Assembly: GCA_964187785.1 (NCBI GenBank)
Contig: OZ076409.1
Span: 16,556,001 to 16,620,000, forward strand
From: Amphiscolops sp. MND2022
Taxonomy: Eukaryota
DNA: 64,000 nucleotides
Direction of reading: 5' to 3'
In this document: one piece after another, positions 22,934 through 35,596 of the stretch
How positions within the stretch are numbered: position 1 is the stretch's first letter
Layout of the letters: each line of letters opens with the position of its first letter
Program-made: the position numbers and the translations under genes
The notes under the pieces: generated by a model
The model's database searches: none
Told to the model about the DNA's origin: nothing
What the model saw: the letters and a program-made list of their open reading frames with translations, nothing else

Positions 22934-23719
22934 TTTTTGTCAGAAATGTGGTTTAACTTCGGTGACAGTTTTGCAAAAGGGGTCAAATTGAAAAGATAGC
23001 AAAAAACGGACAACGCCATTAGAAAGAGCGTCCAAAAAAACCCCCATGCTGAAATTTTCGCCGCCATCACTTGAATTTTCATTGAGTTATGTCATTTTTA
23101 CTATTTTCACAAAATGTGGTTTAACTTCGGTGACAGTTTTGCAAAAGGGGTCAAAATGAACAGATAGCAAAAAACGGACAACGGCATTGGAAAGAGGGCC
23201 CAAAATTACCCCTAAAACGTGTTTTTCACACTCCTGAGTCGACTTTTGATAATACATGGAATTTCATTTTTAAGCTTACTAATTTATGCTTTTCAGCATA
23301 CATTTTCGTAATAGAGTCAAAATTTTGCTTTCTCACAATTTTTCTGGAATATTTTTGTTTCATCAGATGTCAATAACTTGAAACGTCGTCTTTTCATGAG
23401 AATTTCTCCTCAAAACAAGTTGTTGGCTGGTAATGGTAAGTCCGTACCGCAGATAGGAGTCTCGCGCTCCAAAAATTGACTCTTTGCTTTTAGCCTAATT
23501 GTTGTGATAAACTTATTAAATAGGTAAGTATTCCAACCCTATTGATAAGTTTTATTTGAAAGCAGACTGCGAAAGTGGTCTGCTGCCCAATTTTTTGAAC
23601 AAGGAACAAGCTAGTCTGCACTAACTTAAAAGTTACGCGTATTTTGACCGAGAAAATTTTCGTATCATTGTACGTAATTTTGTTGTTAAGCATATAAAGC
23701 TATTGATTTTACAATGATC

Positions 23720-23838
23720 GGCTACGACCATACCATGTTGAATGCACCGGTTCTCGTCCGATCACCGAAGTTAAACAACATAGGGCCTGGTTAGTACTTG
23801 GATGGGAGACCGCTTGGGAACACCAGGTGTTGTAGCCT
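23720..23838 (+). rRNA. 5S rRNA
   Basis: As 876-994. Confidence 0.98.
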
Positions 23839-24624
23839 TTTTTGTCAGAAATGTGGTTTAACTTCGGTGACAGTTTTGCAAAAGGGGTCAAATTGAAAAG
23901 ATAGCAAAAAACGGACAACGCCATTAGAAAGAGCGTCCAAAAAAACCCCCATGCTGAAATTTTCGCCGCCATCACTTGAATTTTCATTGAGTTATGTCAT
24001 TTTTACTATTTTCACAAAATGTGGTTTAACTTCGGTGACAGTTTTGCAAAAGGGGTCAAAATGAACAGATAGCAAAAAACGGACAACGGCATTGGAAAGA
24101 GGGCCCAAAATTACCCCTAAAACGTGTTTTTCACACTCCTGAGTAGACTTTTGATAATACATGGAATTTCATTTTTAAGCTTACTAATTTATGCTTTTCA
24201 GCATACATTTTCGTAATAGAGTCAAAATTTTGCTTTCTCACAATTTTTCTGGAATATTTTTGTTTCATCAGATGTCAATAACTTGAAACGTCGTCTTTTC
24301 ATGAGAATTTCTCCTCAAAACAAGTTGTTGGCTGGTAATGGTAAGTCCGTACCGCAGATAGGAGTCTCGCGCTCCAAAAATTGACTCTTTGCTTTTAGCC
24401 TAATTGTTGTGATAAACTTATTAAATAGGTAAGTATTCCAACCCTATTGATAAGTTTTATTTGAAAGCAGACTGCGAAAGTGGTCTGCTGCCCAATTTTT
24501 TGAACAAGGAACAAGCTAGTCTGCAGTAACTTAAAAGTTACGCGTATTTTGACCGAGAAAATTTTCGTATCATTGTACGTAATTTTGTTGTTAAGCATAT
24601 AAAGCTATTGATTTTACAATGATC

Positions 24625-24743
24625 GGCTACGACCATACCATGTTGAATGCACCGGTTCTCGTCCGATCACCGAAGTTAAACAACATAGGGCCTGGTTAGT
24701 ACTTGGATGGGAGACCGCTTGGGAACACCAGGTGTTGTAGCCT
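24625..24743 (+). rRNA. 5S rRNA
   Basis: As 876-994. Confidence 0.98.
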
Positions 24744-25529
24744 TTTTTGTCAGAAATGTGGTTTAACTTCGGTGACAGTTTTGCAAAAGGGGTCAAATTG
24801 AAAAGATAGCAAAAAACGGACAACGCCATTAGAAAGAGCGTCCAAAAAAACCCCCATGCTGAAATTTTCGCCGCCATCACTTGAATTTTCATTGAGTTAT
24901 GTCATTTTTACTATTTTCACAAAATGTGGTTTAACTTCGGTGACAGTTTTGCAAAAGGGGTCAAAATGAACAGATAGCAAAAAACGGACAACGGCATTGG
25001 AAAGAGGGCCCAAAATTACCCCTAAAACGTGTTTTTCACACTCCTGAGTCGACTTTTGATAATACATGGAATTTCATTTTTAAGCTTACTAATTTATGCT
25101 TTTCAGCATACATTTTCGTAATAGAGTCAAAATTTTGCTTTCTCACAATTTTTCTGGAATATTTTTGTTTCATCAGATGTCAATAACTTGAAACGTCGTC
25201 TTTTCATGAGAATTTCTCCTCAAAACAAGTTGTTGGCTGGTAATGGTAAGTCCGTACCGCAGATAGGAGTCTCGCGCTCCAAAAATTGACTCTTTGCTTT
25301 TAGCCTAATTGTTGTGATAAACTTATTAAATAGGTAAGTATTCCAACCCTATTGATAAGTTTTATTTGAAAGCAGACTGCGAAAGTGGTCTGCTGCCCAA
25401 TTTTTTGAACAAGGAACAAGCTAGTCTGCACTAACTTAAAAGTTACGCGTATTTTGACCGAGAAAATTTTCGTATCATTGTACGTAATTTTGTTGTTAAG
25501 CATATAAAGCTATTGATTTTACAATGATC

Positions 25530-25648
25530 GGCTACGACCATACCATGTTGAATGCACCGGTTCTCGTCCGATCACCGAAGTTAAACAACATAGGGCCTGG
25601 TTAGTACTTGGATGGGAGACCGCTTGGGAACACCAGGTGTTGTAGCCT
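25530..25648 (+). rRNA. 5S rRNA
   Basis: As 876-994. Confidence 0.98.
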
Positions 25649-26434
25649 TTTTTGTCAGAAATGTGGTTTAACTTCGGTGACAGTTTTGCAAAAGGGGTCA
25701 AATTGAAAAGATAGCAAAAAACGGACAACGCCATTAGAAAGAGCGTCCAAAAAAACCCCCATGCTGAAATTTTCGCCGCCATCACTTGAATTTTCATTGA
25801 GTTATGTCATTTTTACTATTTTCACAAAATGTGGTTTAACTTCGGTGACAGTTTTGCAAAAGGGGTCAAAATGAACAGATAGCAAAAAACGGACAACGGC
25901 ATTGGAAAGAGGGCCCAAAATTACCCCTAAAACGTGTTTTTCACACTCCTGAGTAGACTTTTGATAATACATGGAATTTCATTTTTAAGCTTACTAATTT
26001 ATGCTTTTCAGCATACATTTTCGTAATAGAGTCAAAATTTTGCTTTCTCACAATTTTTCTGGAATATTTTTGTTTCATCAGATGTCAATAACTTGAAACG
26101 TCGTCTTTTCATGAGAATTTCTCCTCAAAACAAGTTGTTGGCTGGTAATGGTAAGTCCGTACCGCAGATAGGAGTCTCGCGCTCCAAAAATTGACTCTTT
26201 GCTTTTAGCCTAATTGTTGTGATAAACTTATTAAATAGGTAAGTATTCCAACCCTATTGATAAGTTTTATTTGAAAGCAGACTGCGAAAGTGGTCTGCTG
26301 CCCAATTTTTTGAACAAGGAACAAGCTAGTCTGCAGTAACTTAAAAGTTACGCGTATTTTGACCGAGAAAATTTTCGTATCATTGTACGTAATTTTGTTG
26401 TTAAGCATATAAAGCTATTGATTTTACAATGATC

Positions 26435-26553
26435 GGCTACGACCATACCATGTTGAATGCACCGGTTCTCGTCCGATCACCGAAGTTAAACAACATAGGG
26501 CCTGGTTAGTACTTGGATGGGAGACCGCTTGGGAACACCAGGTGTTGTAGCCT
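26435..26553 (+). rRNA. 5S rRNA
   Basis: As 876-994. Confidence 0.98.
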
Positions 26554-27155
26554 TTTTTGTCAGAAATGTGGTTTAACTTCGGTGACAGTTTTGCAAAAGG
26601 GGTCAAATTGAAAAGATAGCAAAAAACGGACAACGCCATTAGAAAGAGCGTCCAAAAAAACCCCCATGCTGAAATTTTCGCCGCCATCACTTGAATTTTC
26701 ATTGAGTTATGTCATTTTTACTATTTTCACAAAATGTGGTTTAACTTCGGTGACAGTTTTGCAAAAGGGGTCAAAATGAACAGATAGCAAAAAACGGACA
26801 ACGGCATTGGAAAGAGGGCCCAAAATTACCCCTAAAACGTGTTTTTCACACTCCTGAGTAGACTTTTGATAATACATGGAATTTCATTTTTAAGCTTACT
26901 AATTTATGCTTTTCAGCATACATTTTCGTAATAGAGTCAAAATTTTGCTTTCTCACAATTTTTCTGGAATATTTTTGTTTCATCAGATGTCAATAACTTG
27001 AAACGTCGTCTTTTCATGAGAATTTCTCCTCAAAACAAGTTGTTGGCTGGTAATGGTAAGTCCGTACCGCAGATAGGAGTCTCGCGCTCCAAAAATTGAC
27101 TCTTTGCTTTTAGCCTAATTGTTGTGATAAACTTATTAAATAGGTAAGTATTCCA

Positions 27156-27250
27156 TTTTTGGAGTATATCTTGCCTGTTTGAGGTGTGAGTCGCAGCAAT
27201 CATAGGTCCAAAACCAGTAACCAAAAACCAACCTGTACTTACTGTTTGAA
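27156..27250 (+). mobile_element. 95-bp insertion D at SL splice donor (3' end of a fourth family, or a non-autonomous element)
   Basis: TSD AGGTAAGTATTCCA at 27142-27155 and 27251-27264; unit is 109 bp longer (95+14); ends CTTACTGTTTGAA. Confidence 0.9.
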
Positions 27251-27448
27251 AGGTAAGTATTCCAACCCTATTGATAAGTTTTATTTGAAAGCAGACTGCG
27301 AAAGTGGTCTGCTGCCCAATTTTTTGAACAAGGAACAAGCTAGTCTGCAGTAACTTAAAAGTTACGCGTATTTTGACCGAGAAAATTTTCGTATCATTGT
27401 ACGTAATTTTGTTGTTAAGCATATAAAGCTATTGATTTTACAATGATC

Positions 27449-27567
27449 GGCTACGACCATACCATGTTGAATGCACCGGTTCTCGTCCGATCACCGAAGT
27501 TAAACAACATAGGGCCTGGTTAGTACTTGGATGGGAGACCGCTTGGGAACACCAGGTGTTGTAGCCT
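27449..27567 (+). rRNA. 5S rRNA
   Basis: As 876-994. Confidence 0.98.
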
Positions 27568-28125
27568 TTTTTGTCAGAAATGTGGTTTAACTTCGGTGAC
27601 AGTTTTGCAAAAGGGGTCAAATTGAAAAGATAGCAAAAAACGGACAACGCCATTAGAAAGAGCGTCCAAAAAAACCCCCATGCTGAAATTTTCGCCGCCA
27701 TCACTTGAATTTTCATTGAGTTATGTCATTTTTACTATTTTCACAAAATGTGGTTTAACTTCGGTGACAGTTTTGCAAAAGGGGTCAAAATGAACAGATA
27801 GCAAAAAACGGACAACGGCATTGGAAAGAGGGCCCAAAATTACCCCTAAAACGTGTTTTTCACACTCCTGAGTAGACTTTTGATAATACATGGAATTTCA
27901 TTTTTAAGCTTACTAATTTATGCTTTTCAGCATACATTTTCGTAATAGAGTCAAAATTTTGCTTTCTCACAATTTTTCTGGAATATTTTTGTTTCATCAG
28001 ATGTCAATAACTTGAAACGTCGTCTTTTCATGAGAATTTCTCCTCAAAACAAGTTGTTGGCTGGTAATGGTAAGTCCGTACCGCAGATAGGAGTCTCGCG
28101 CTCCAAAAATTGACTCTTTGCTTTT

Positions 28126-28234
28126 AGCCTAATTGTTGTGATAAACTTATTAAATAGGTAAGTATTCCAACCCTATTGATAAGTTTTATTTGAAAGCAGA
28201 CTGCGAAAGTGGTCTGCTGCCCAATTTTTCGAAC
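28126..28234 (+). ncRNA. Putative SL RNA gene, Sm-site variant AATTTTTCGA
   Basis: As 648-756 with T>C in the Sm site. Confidence 0.8.
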
Positions 28235-28353
28235 AAGGAACAAGCTAGTCTGCACTAACTTAAAAGTTACGCGTATTTTGACCGAGAAAATTTTCGTATC
28301 ATTGTACGTAATTTTGTTGTTAAGCATATAAAGCTATTGATTTTACAATGATC

Positions 28354-28472
28354 GGCTACGACCATACCATGTTGAATGCACCGGTTCTCGTCCGATCACC
28401 GAAGTTAAACAACATAGGGCCTGGTTAGTACTTGGATGGGAGACCGCTTGGGAACACCAGGTGTTGTAGCCT
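28354..28472 (+). rRNA. 5S rRNA
   Basis: As 876-994. Confidence 0.98.
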
Positions 28473-29258
28473 TTTTTGTCAGAAATGTGGTTTAACTTCG
28501 GTGACAGTTTTGCAAAAGGGGTCAAATTGAAAAGATAGCAAAAAACGGACAACGCCATTAGAAAGAGCGTCCAAAAAAACCCCCATGCTGAAATTTTCGC
28601 CGCCATCACTTGAATTTTCATTGAGTTATGTCATTTTTACTATTTTCACAAAATGTGGTTTAACTTCGGTGACAGTTTTGCAAAAGGGGTCAAAATGAAC
28701 AGATAGCAAAAAACGGACAACGGCATTGGAAAGAGGGCCCAAAATTACCCCTAAAACGTGTTTTTCACACTCCTGAGTAGACTTTTGATAATACATGGAA
28801 TTTCATTTTTAAGCTTACTAATTTATGCTTTTCAGCATACATTTTCGTAATAGAGTCAAAATTTTGCTTTCTCACAATTTTTCTGGAATATTTTTGTTTC
28901 ATCAGATGTCAATAACTTGAAACGTCGTCTTTTCATGAGAATTTCTCCTCAAAACAAGTTGTTGGCTGGTAATGGTAAGTCCGTACCGCAGATAGGAGTC
29001 TCGCGCTCCAAAAATTGACTCTTTGCTTTTAGCCTAATTGTTGTGATAAACTTATTAAATAGGTAAGTATTCCAACCCTATTGATAAGTTTTATTTGAAA
29101 GCAGACTGCGAAAGTGGTCTGCTGCCCAATTTTTCGAACAAGGAACAAGCTAGTCTGCACTAACTTAAAAGTTACGCGTATTTTGACCGAGAAAATTTTC
29201 GTATCATTGTACGTAATTTTGTTGTTAAGCATATAAAGCTATTGATTTTACAATGATC

Positions 29259-29377
29259 GGCTACGACCATACCATGTTGAATGCACCGGTTCTCGTCCGA
29301 TCACCGAAGTTAAACAACATAGGGCCTGGTTAGTACTTGGATGGGAGACCGCTTGGGAACACCAGGTGTTGTAGCCT
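29259..29377 (+). rRNA. 5S rRNA
   Basis: As 876-994. Confidence 0.98.
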
Positions 29378-30163
29378 TTTTTGTCAGAAATGTGGTTTAA
29401 CTTCGGTGACAGTTTTGCAAAAGGGGTCAAATTGAAAAGATAGCAAAAAACGGACAACGCCATTAGAAAGAGCGTCCAAAAAAACCCCCATGCTGAAATT
29501 TTCGCCGCCATCACTTGAATTTTCATTGAGTTATGTCATTTTTACTATTTTCACAAAATGTGGTTTAACTTCGGTGACAGTTTTGCAAAAGGGGTCAAAA
29601 TGAACAGATAGCAAAAAACGGACAACGGCATTGGAAAGAGGGCCCAAAATTACCCCTAAAACGTGTTTTTCACACTCCTGAGTAGACTTTTGATAATACA
29701 TGGAATTTCATTTTTAAGCTTACTAATTTATGCTTTTCAGCATACATTTTCGTAATAGAGTCAAAATTTTGCTTTCTCACAATTTTTCTGGAATATTTTT
29801 GTTTCATCAGATGTCAATAACTTGAAACGTCGTCTTTTCATGAGAATTTCTCCTCAAAACAAGTTGTTGGCTGGTAATGGTAAGTCCGTACCGCAGATAG
29901 GAGTCTCGCGCTCCAAAAATTGACTCTTTGCTTTTAGCCTAATTGTTGTGATAAACTTATTAAATAGGTAAGTATTCCAACCCTATTGATAAGTTTTATT
30001 TGAAAGCAGACTGCGAAAGTGGTCTGCTGCCCAATTTTTTGAACAAGGAACAAGCTAGTCTGCAGTAACTTAAAAGTTACGCGTATTTTGACCGAGAAAA
30101 TTTTCGTATCATTGTACGTAATTTTGTTGTTAAGCATATAAAGCTATTGATTTTACAATGATC

Positions 30164-30282
30164 GGCTACGACCATACCATGTTGAATGCACCGGTTCTCG
30201 TCCGATCACCGAAGTTAAACAACATAGGGCCTGGTTAGTACTTGGATGGGAGACCGCTTGGGAACACCAGGTGTTGTAGCCT
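30164..30282 (+). rRNA. 5S rRNA
   Basis: As 876-994. Confidence 0.98.
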
Positions 30283-31068
30283 TTTTTGTCAGAAATGTGG
30301 TTTAACTTCGGTGACAGTTTTGCAAAAGGGGTCAAATTGAAAAGATAGCAAAAAACGGACAACGCCATTAGAAAGAGCGTCCAAAAAAACCCCCATGCTG
30401 AAATTTTCGCCGCCATCACTTGAATTTTCATTGAGTTATGTCATTTTTACTATTTTCACAAAATGTGGTTTAACTTCGGTGACAGTTTTGCAAAAGGGGT
30501 CAAAATGAACAGATAGCAAAAAACGGACAACGGCATTGGAAAGAGGGCCCAAAATTACCCCTAAAACGTGTTTTTCACACTCCTGAGTAGACTTTTGATA
30601 ATACATGGAATTTCATTTTTAAGCTTACTAATTTATGCTTTTCAGCATACATTTTCGTAATAGAGTCAAAATTTTGCTTTCTCACAATTTTTCTGGAATA
30701 TTTTTGTTTCATCAGATGTCAATAACTTGAAACGTCGTCTTTTCATGAGAATTTCTCCTCAAAACAAGTTGTTGGCTGGTAATGGTAAGTCCGTACCGCA
30801 GATAGGAGTCTCGCGCTCCAAAAATTGACTCTTTGCTTTTAGCCTAATTGTTGTGATAAACTTATTAAATAGGTAAGTATTCCAACCCTATTGATAAGTT
30901 TTATTTGAAAGCAGACTGCGAAAGTGGTCTGCTGCCCAATTTTTTGAACAAGGAACAAGCTAGTCTGCAGTAACTTAAAAGTTACGCGTATTTTGACCGA
31001 GAAAATTTTCGTATCATTGTACGTAATTTTGTTGTTAAGCATATAAAGCTATTGATTTTACAATGATC

Positions 31069-31187
31069 GGCTACGACCATACCATGTTGAATGCACCGGT
31101 TCTCGTCCGATCACCGAAGTTAAACAACATAGGGCCTGGTTAGTACTTGGATGGGAGACCGCTTGGGAACACCAGGTGTTGTAGCCT
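31069..31187 (+). rRNA. 5S rRNA
   Basis: As 876-994. Confidence 0.98.
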
Positions 31188-31973
31188 TTTTTGTCAGAAA
31201 TGTGGTTTAACTTCGGTGACAGTTTTGCAAAAGGGGTCAAATTGAAAAGATAGCAAAAAACGGACAACGCCATTAGAAAGAGCGTCCAAAAAAACCCCCA
31301 TGCTGAAATTTTCGCCGCCATCACTTGAATTTTCATTGAGTTATGTCATTTTTACTATTTTCACAAAATGTGGTTTAACTTCGGTGACAGTTTTGCAAAA
31401 GGGGTCAAAATGAACAGATAGCAAAAAACGGACAACGGCATTGGAAAGAGGGCCCAAAATTACCCCTAAAACGTGTTTTTCACACTCCTGAGTAGACTTT
31501 TGATAATACATGGAATTTCATTTTTAAGCTTACTAATTTATGCTTTTCAGCATACATTTTCGTAATAGAGTCAAAATTTTGCTTTCTCACAATTTTTCTG
31601 GAATATTTTTGTTTCATCAGATGTCAATAACTTGAAACGTCGTCTTTTCATGAGAATTTCTCCTCAAAACAAGTTGTTGGCTGGTAATGGTAAGTCCGTA
31701 CCGCAGATAGGAGTCTCGCGCTCCAAAAATTGACTCTTTGCTTTTAGCCTAATTGTTGTGATAAACTTATTAAATAGGTAAGTATTCCAACCCTATTGAT
31801 AAGTTTTATTTGAAAGCAGACTGCGAAAGTGGTCTGCTGCCCAATTTTTCGAACAAGGAACAAGCTAGTCTGCACTAACTTAAAATTTACGCGTATTTTG
31901 ACCGAGAAAATTTTTGTATCATTGTACGTAATTTTGTTGTTAAGCATATAAAGCTATTGATTTTACAATGATC

Positions 31974-32092
31974 GGCTACGACCATACCATGTTGAATGCA
32001 CCGGTTCTCGTCCGATCACCGAAGTTAAACAACATAGGGCCTGGTTAGTACTTGGATGGGAGACCGCTTGGGAACACCAGGTGTTGTAGCCT
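31974..32092 (+). rRNA. 5S rRNA
   Basis: As 876-994. Confidence 0.98.
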
Positions 32093-32878
32093 TTTTTGTC
32101 AGAAATGTGGTTCAACTTCGGTGACAGTTTTGCAAAAGGGGTCAAATTGAAAAGATAGCAAAAAACGGACAACGCCATTAGAAAGAGCGTCCAAAAAAAC
32201 CCCCATGCTGAAATTTTCGCCGCCATCACTTGAATTTTCATTGAGTTATGTCATTTTTACTATTTTCACAAAATGTGGTTTAACTTCGGTGACAGTTTTG
32301 CAAAAGGGGTCAAAATGAACAGATAGCAAAAAACGGACAACGGCATTGGAAAGAGGGCCCAAAATTACCCCTAAAACGTGTTTTTCACACTCCTGAGTAG
32401 ACTTTTGATAATACATGGAATTTCATTTTTAAGCTTACTAATTTATGCTTTTCAGCATACATTTTCGTAATAGAGTCAAAATTTTGCTTTCTCACAATTT
32501 TTCTGGAATATTTTTGTTTCATCAGATGTCAATAACTTGAAACGTCGTCTTTTCATGAGAATTTCTCCTCAAAACAAGTTGTTGGCTGGTAATGGTAAGT
32601 CCGTACCGCAGATAGGAGTCTCGCGCTCCAAAAATTGACTCTTTGCTTTTAGCCTAATTGTTGTGATAAACTTATTAAATAGGTAAGTATTCCAACCCTA
32701 TTGATAAGTTTTATTTGAAAGCAGACTGCGAAAGTGGTCTGCTGCCCAATTTTTTGAACAAGGAACAAGCTAGTCTGCACTAACTTAAAAGTTACGCGTA
32801 TTTTGACCGAGAAAATTTTCGTATCATTGTACGTAATTTTGTTGTTAAGCATATAAAGCTATTGATTTTACAATGATC

Positions 32879-32997
32879 GGCTACGACCATACCATGTTGA
32901 ATGCACCGGTTCTCGTCCGATCACCGAAGTTAAACAACATAGGGCCTGGTTAGTACTTGGATGGGAGACCGCTTGGGAACACCAGGTGTTGTAGCCT
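32879..32997 (+). rRNA. 5S rRNA
   Basis: As 876-994. Confidence 0.98.
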
Positions 32998-33783
32998 TTT
33001 TTGTCAGAAATGTGGTTTAACTTCGGTGACAGTTTTGCAAAAGGGGTCAAATTGAAAAGATAGCAAAAAACGGACAACGCCATTAGAAAGAGCGTCCAAA
33101 AAAACCCCCATGCTGAAATTTTCGCCGCCATCACTTGAATTTTCATTGAGTTATGTCATTTTTACTATTTTCACAAAATGTGGTTTAACTTCGGTGACAG
33201 TTTTGCAAAAGGGGTCAAAATGAACAGATAGCAAAAAACGGACAACGGCATTGGAAAGAAGGCCCAAAATTACCCCTAAAACGTGTTTTTCACACTCCTG
33301 AGTAGACTTTTGATAATACATGGAATTTCATTTTTAAGCTTACTAATTTATGCTTTTCAGCATACATTTTCGTAATAGAGTCAAAATTTTGCTTTCTCAC
33401 AATTTTTCTGGAATATTTTTGTTTCATCAGATGTCAATAACTTGAAACGTCGTCTTTTCATGAGAATTTCTCCTCAAAACAAGTTGTTGGCTGGTAATGG
33501 TAAGTCCGTACCGCAGATAGGAGTCTCGCGCTCCAAAAATTGACTCTTTGCTTTTAGCCTAATTGTTGTGATAAACTTATTAAATAGGTAAGTATTCCAA
33601 CCCTATTGATAAGTTTTATTTGAAAGCAGACTGCGAAAGTGGTCTGCTGCCCAATTTTTTGAACAAGGAACAAGCTAGTCTGCACTAACTTAAAAGTTAC
33701 GCGTATTTTGACCGAGAAAATTTTCGTATCATTGTACGTAATTTTGTTGTTAAGCATATAAAGCTATTGATTTTACAATGATC

Positions 33784-33902
33784 GGCTACGACCATACCAT
33801 GTTGAATGCACCGGTTCTCGTCCGATCACCGAAGTTAAACAACATAGGGCCTGGTTAGTACTTGGATGGGAGACCGCTTGGGAACACCAGGTGTTGTAGC
33901 CT
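33784..33902 (+). rRNA. 5S rRNA
   Basis: As 876-994. Confidence 0.98.
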
Positions 33903-34688
33903 TTTTTGTCAGAAATGTGGTTTAACTTCGGTGACAGTTTTGCAAAAGGGGTCAAATTGAAAAGATAGCAAAAAACGGACAACGCCATTAGAAAGAGCGT
34001 CCAAAAAAACCCCCATGCTGAAATTTTCGCCGCCATCACTTGAATTTTCATTGAGTTATGTCATTTTTACTATTTTCACAAAATGTGGTTTAACTTCGGT
34101 GACAGTTTTGCAAAAGGGGTCAAAATGAACAGATAGCAAAAAACGGACAACGGCATTGGAAAGAGGGCCCAAAATTACCCCTAAAACGTGTTTTTCACAC
34201 TCCTGAGTAGACTTTTGATAATACATGGAATTTCATTTTTAAGCTTACTAATTTATGCTTTTCAGCATACATTTTCGTAATAGAGTCAAAATTTTGCTTT
34301 CTCACAATTTTTCTGGAATATTTTTGTTTCATCAGATGTCAATAACTTGAAACGTCGTCTTTTCATGAGAATTTCTCCTCAAAACAAGTTGTTGGCTGGT
34401 AATGGTAAGTCCGTACCGCAGATAGGAGTCTCGCGCTCCAAAAATTGACTCTTTGCTTTTAGCCTAATTGTTGTGATAAACTTATTAAATAGGTAAGTAT
34501 TCCAACCCTATTGATAAGTTTTATTTGAAAGCAGACTGCGAAAGTGGTCTGCTGCCCAATTTTTTGAACAAGGAACAAGCTAGTCTGCACTAACTTAAAA
34601 GTTACGCGTATTTTGACCGAGAAAATTTTCGTATCATTGTACGTAATTTTGTTGTTAAGCATATAAAGCTATTGATTTTACAATGATC

Positions 34689-34807
34689 GGCTACGACCAT
34701 ACCATGTTGAATGCACCGGTTCTCGTCCGATCACCGAAGTTAAACAACATAGGGCCTGGTTAGTACTTGGATGGGAGACCGCTTGGGAACACCAGGTGTT
34801 GTAGCCT
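34689..34807 (+). rRNA. 5S rRNA
   Basis: As 876-994. Confidence 0.98.
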
Positions 34808-35596
34808 TTTTTGTCAGAAATGTGGTTTAACTTCGGTGACAGTTTTGCAAAAGGGGTCAAATTGAAAAGATAGCAAAAAACGGACAACGCCATTAGAAAG
34901 AGCGTCCAAAAAAACCCCCATGCTGAAATTTTCGCCGCCATCACTTGAATTTTCATTGAGTTATGTCATTTTTACTATTTTCACAAAATGTGGTTTAACT
35001 TCGGTGACAGTTTTGCAAAAGGGGTCAAAATGAACAGATAGCAAAAAACGGACAACGGCATTGGAAAGAGGGCCCAAAATTACCCCTAAAACGTGTTTTT
35101 CACACTCCTGAGTAGACTTTTGATAATACATGGAATTTCATTTTTAAGCTTACTAATTTATGCTTTTCAGCATACATTTTCGTAATAGAGTCAAAATTTT
35201 GCTTTCTCACAATTTTTCTGGAATATTTTTGTTTCATCAGATGTCAATAACTTGAAACGTCGTCTTTTCATGAGAATTTCTCCTCAAAACAAGTTGTTGG
35301 CTGGTAATGGTAAGTCCGTACCGCAGATAGGAGTCTCGCGCTCCAAAAATTGACTCTTTGCTTTTAGCCTAATTGTTGTTCACGCGTCGGTTGGTTAGTT
35401 ATCTTTGACTTTTGACTTCTGATTGTGAAAAACTTTTTTGACGAGTTTTTAACACATAGTACCGCTAAAACTATAGAAGTTTAACGAAAAAATTGTTTAT
35501 TTGGGTTTATACCCCTTTGCACTTTACCCCCTCTGGGTTTATACCCCCCCCTTGGGTTTATACTCCCTTTTGGATAGAGGATAGGAAAACGACTTC

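Noticed and set aside
27030..27422. 130-aa minus-strand ORF
   Set aside because: Chance read-through created by insertion D
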